DNA of 64,000 bases from Candidatus Omnitrophota bacterium (lineage in GTDB: Bacteria; Omnitrophota; Gorgyraeia; Gygaellales; Profunditerraquicolaceae). The stretch lies in the NCBI GenBank assembly GCA_043812955.1, contig JBDRLN010000012.1:12749-76748 (forward strand), given 5' to 3'. A model generated the notes under the pieces. The model had not been told where the DNA came from, made no database searches, and was given only the letters and a program-made list of their open reading frames with translations. Position numbers and translations under genes: made by a program. This document shows, one piece after another, positions 63,695 through 64,000 of this stretch (its first letter is position 1; the number at the start of each line of letters is the position of its first letter).

Positions 63695-63727
63695 CCACCT
63701 ACGGGGTGGAGCCCACCTACGGGGTGG
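63695..63727 (-). promoter_or_regulatory. two direct 15-bp sites CCACCTACGGGGTGG-AGC-CCACCTACGGGGTGG immediately upstream of the SD of the DegT aminotransferase gene
   Basis: Minus strand: CCACCCCGTAGGTGGGCTCCACCCCGTAGGTGGAGGAAGGTAGAAAGGATTAAGAGTG. Confidence 0.55.
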
Positions 63728-64000
63728 AACGGGTTTGGTGCATCTCGCGGTATTTTAAATAACTGATAAATTGATATAAAGCGGCATTAAAACCGACTAT
63801 AAAACCGATAAAGCCGTCTTTGTAACCTTTTTTTACTATATATACCCGCACAAACCGATCAATAGTCCGATAAAGAAATCTTCCTAAGCGCATAGGCTTG
63901 CCCATCCTGTTCCATTTTTGCGCCTCCCAGGTTGTCTGTTTATTCAGCTTAGCCCAAAAATCTTCCAAATCCTTGTAAGAATAATGCAACATATCCGCGC
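63717..64000 (-). CDS. C-terminal part of a family 2 glycosyltransferase (WaaE/KdtX-like); N-terminus lies beyond the window end
   Basis: C-terminal amphipathic/TM segment YKDGFIGFIVGFNAALYQFISYLKY resembles the GT2 LPS-core transferase tail. The ORF is open to the window edge; the M at 63992 is probably internal. Confidence 0.45.
   Translation of the reverse strand, partial: ADMLHYSYKDLEDFWAKLNKQTTWEAQKWNRMGKPMRLGRFLYRTIDRFVRVYIVKKGYKDGFIGFIVGFNAALYQFISYLKYREMHQTRSTP

Overview
This is a 64 kb bacterial chromosomal segment from an uncultivated-type genome of moderate to low GC. It is almost entirely coded on the minus strand; only fabF-plsC is on the plus strand.

Gene content in order:
- 5' end of uvrA.
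- A small lysine-rich tandem-repeat protein, a CheY, and the cofactor genes nadX, panC and folK.
- A DapL-type lysine block (dapL, dapB, dapA, dapF, lysA) joined directly to arginine genes argH-argG. After a lone pseudopilin gene come argF-argD-argB-argJ-argC.
- rpsI-rplM, then a folate/biopterin-transporter gene flanked by two identical 54-bp hairpins, then secG-tpiA-pgk.
- A spermidine-synthase/membrane fusion and a zone of gene-fragment scars.
- A two-component/phosphorelay-like cluster. A CheY-type receiver is fused to glycogen phosphorylase. Next to it are a eukaryote-type UDP-sugar pyrophosphorylase, a receiver-HisKA protein lacking its ATPase domain, a stand-alone CheY and a PAS histidine kinase.
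- A glycolipid/lipid-remodelling locus: GT4, ACP-PlsC, a GtrA-anchored GH15-like hydrolase, a B12-radical-SAM enzyme and a patatin.
- Four unannotated small stress/membrane proteins.
- A FixJ-type two-component system, a second patatin, fabF-plsC, and a tri-domain acyl-AMP-ligase/ACP/PlsC protein.
- gap, two tandem GalT-like paralogs, fmt, a PriA with degenerate ATPase motifs, an MGDG-synthase-like GT28, a gmhB-like phosphatase, a DegT aminotransferase and a partial GT2.

I did not recognise any rRNA, tRNA, CRISPR array or transposase.

Beyond the genes there are several dispersed motif families:
- A CCACC-N5-GGTGG operator-like array in the promoters of gap, pgk-tpiA and the DegT unit.
- A 20-bp palindrome (AATTATACCTGGGTATAATT) in three promoter regions near the FixJ-type system and lipid genes.
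- An ~85-nt structured leader element with an 8-codon mini-ORF overlapping the downstream start codon, in three copies.
- GC-rich CCTGCCTGCC-GG-CAGGCAGG palindromes directly upstream of Shine-Dalgarno sequences.
- GGTAAA/GGTATA hexamer repeats in both coding and intergenic DNA.
- A 7-bp tandem repeat that frameshifts dapF.
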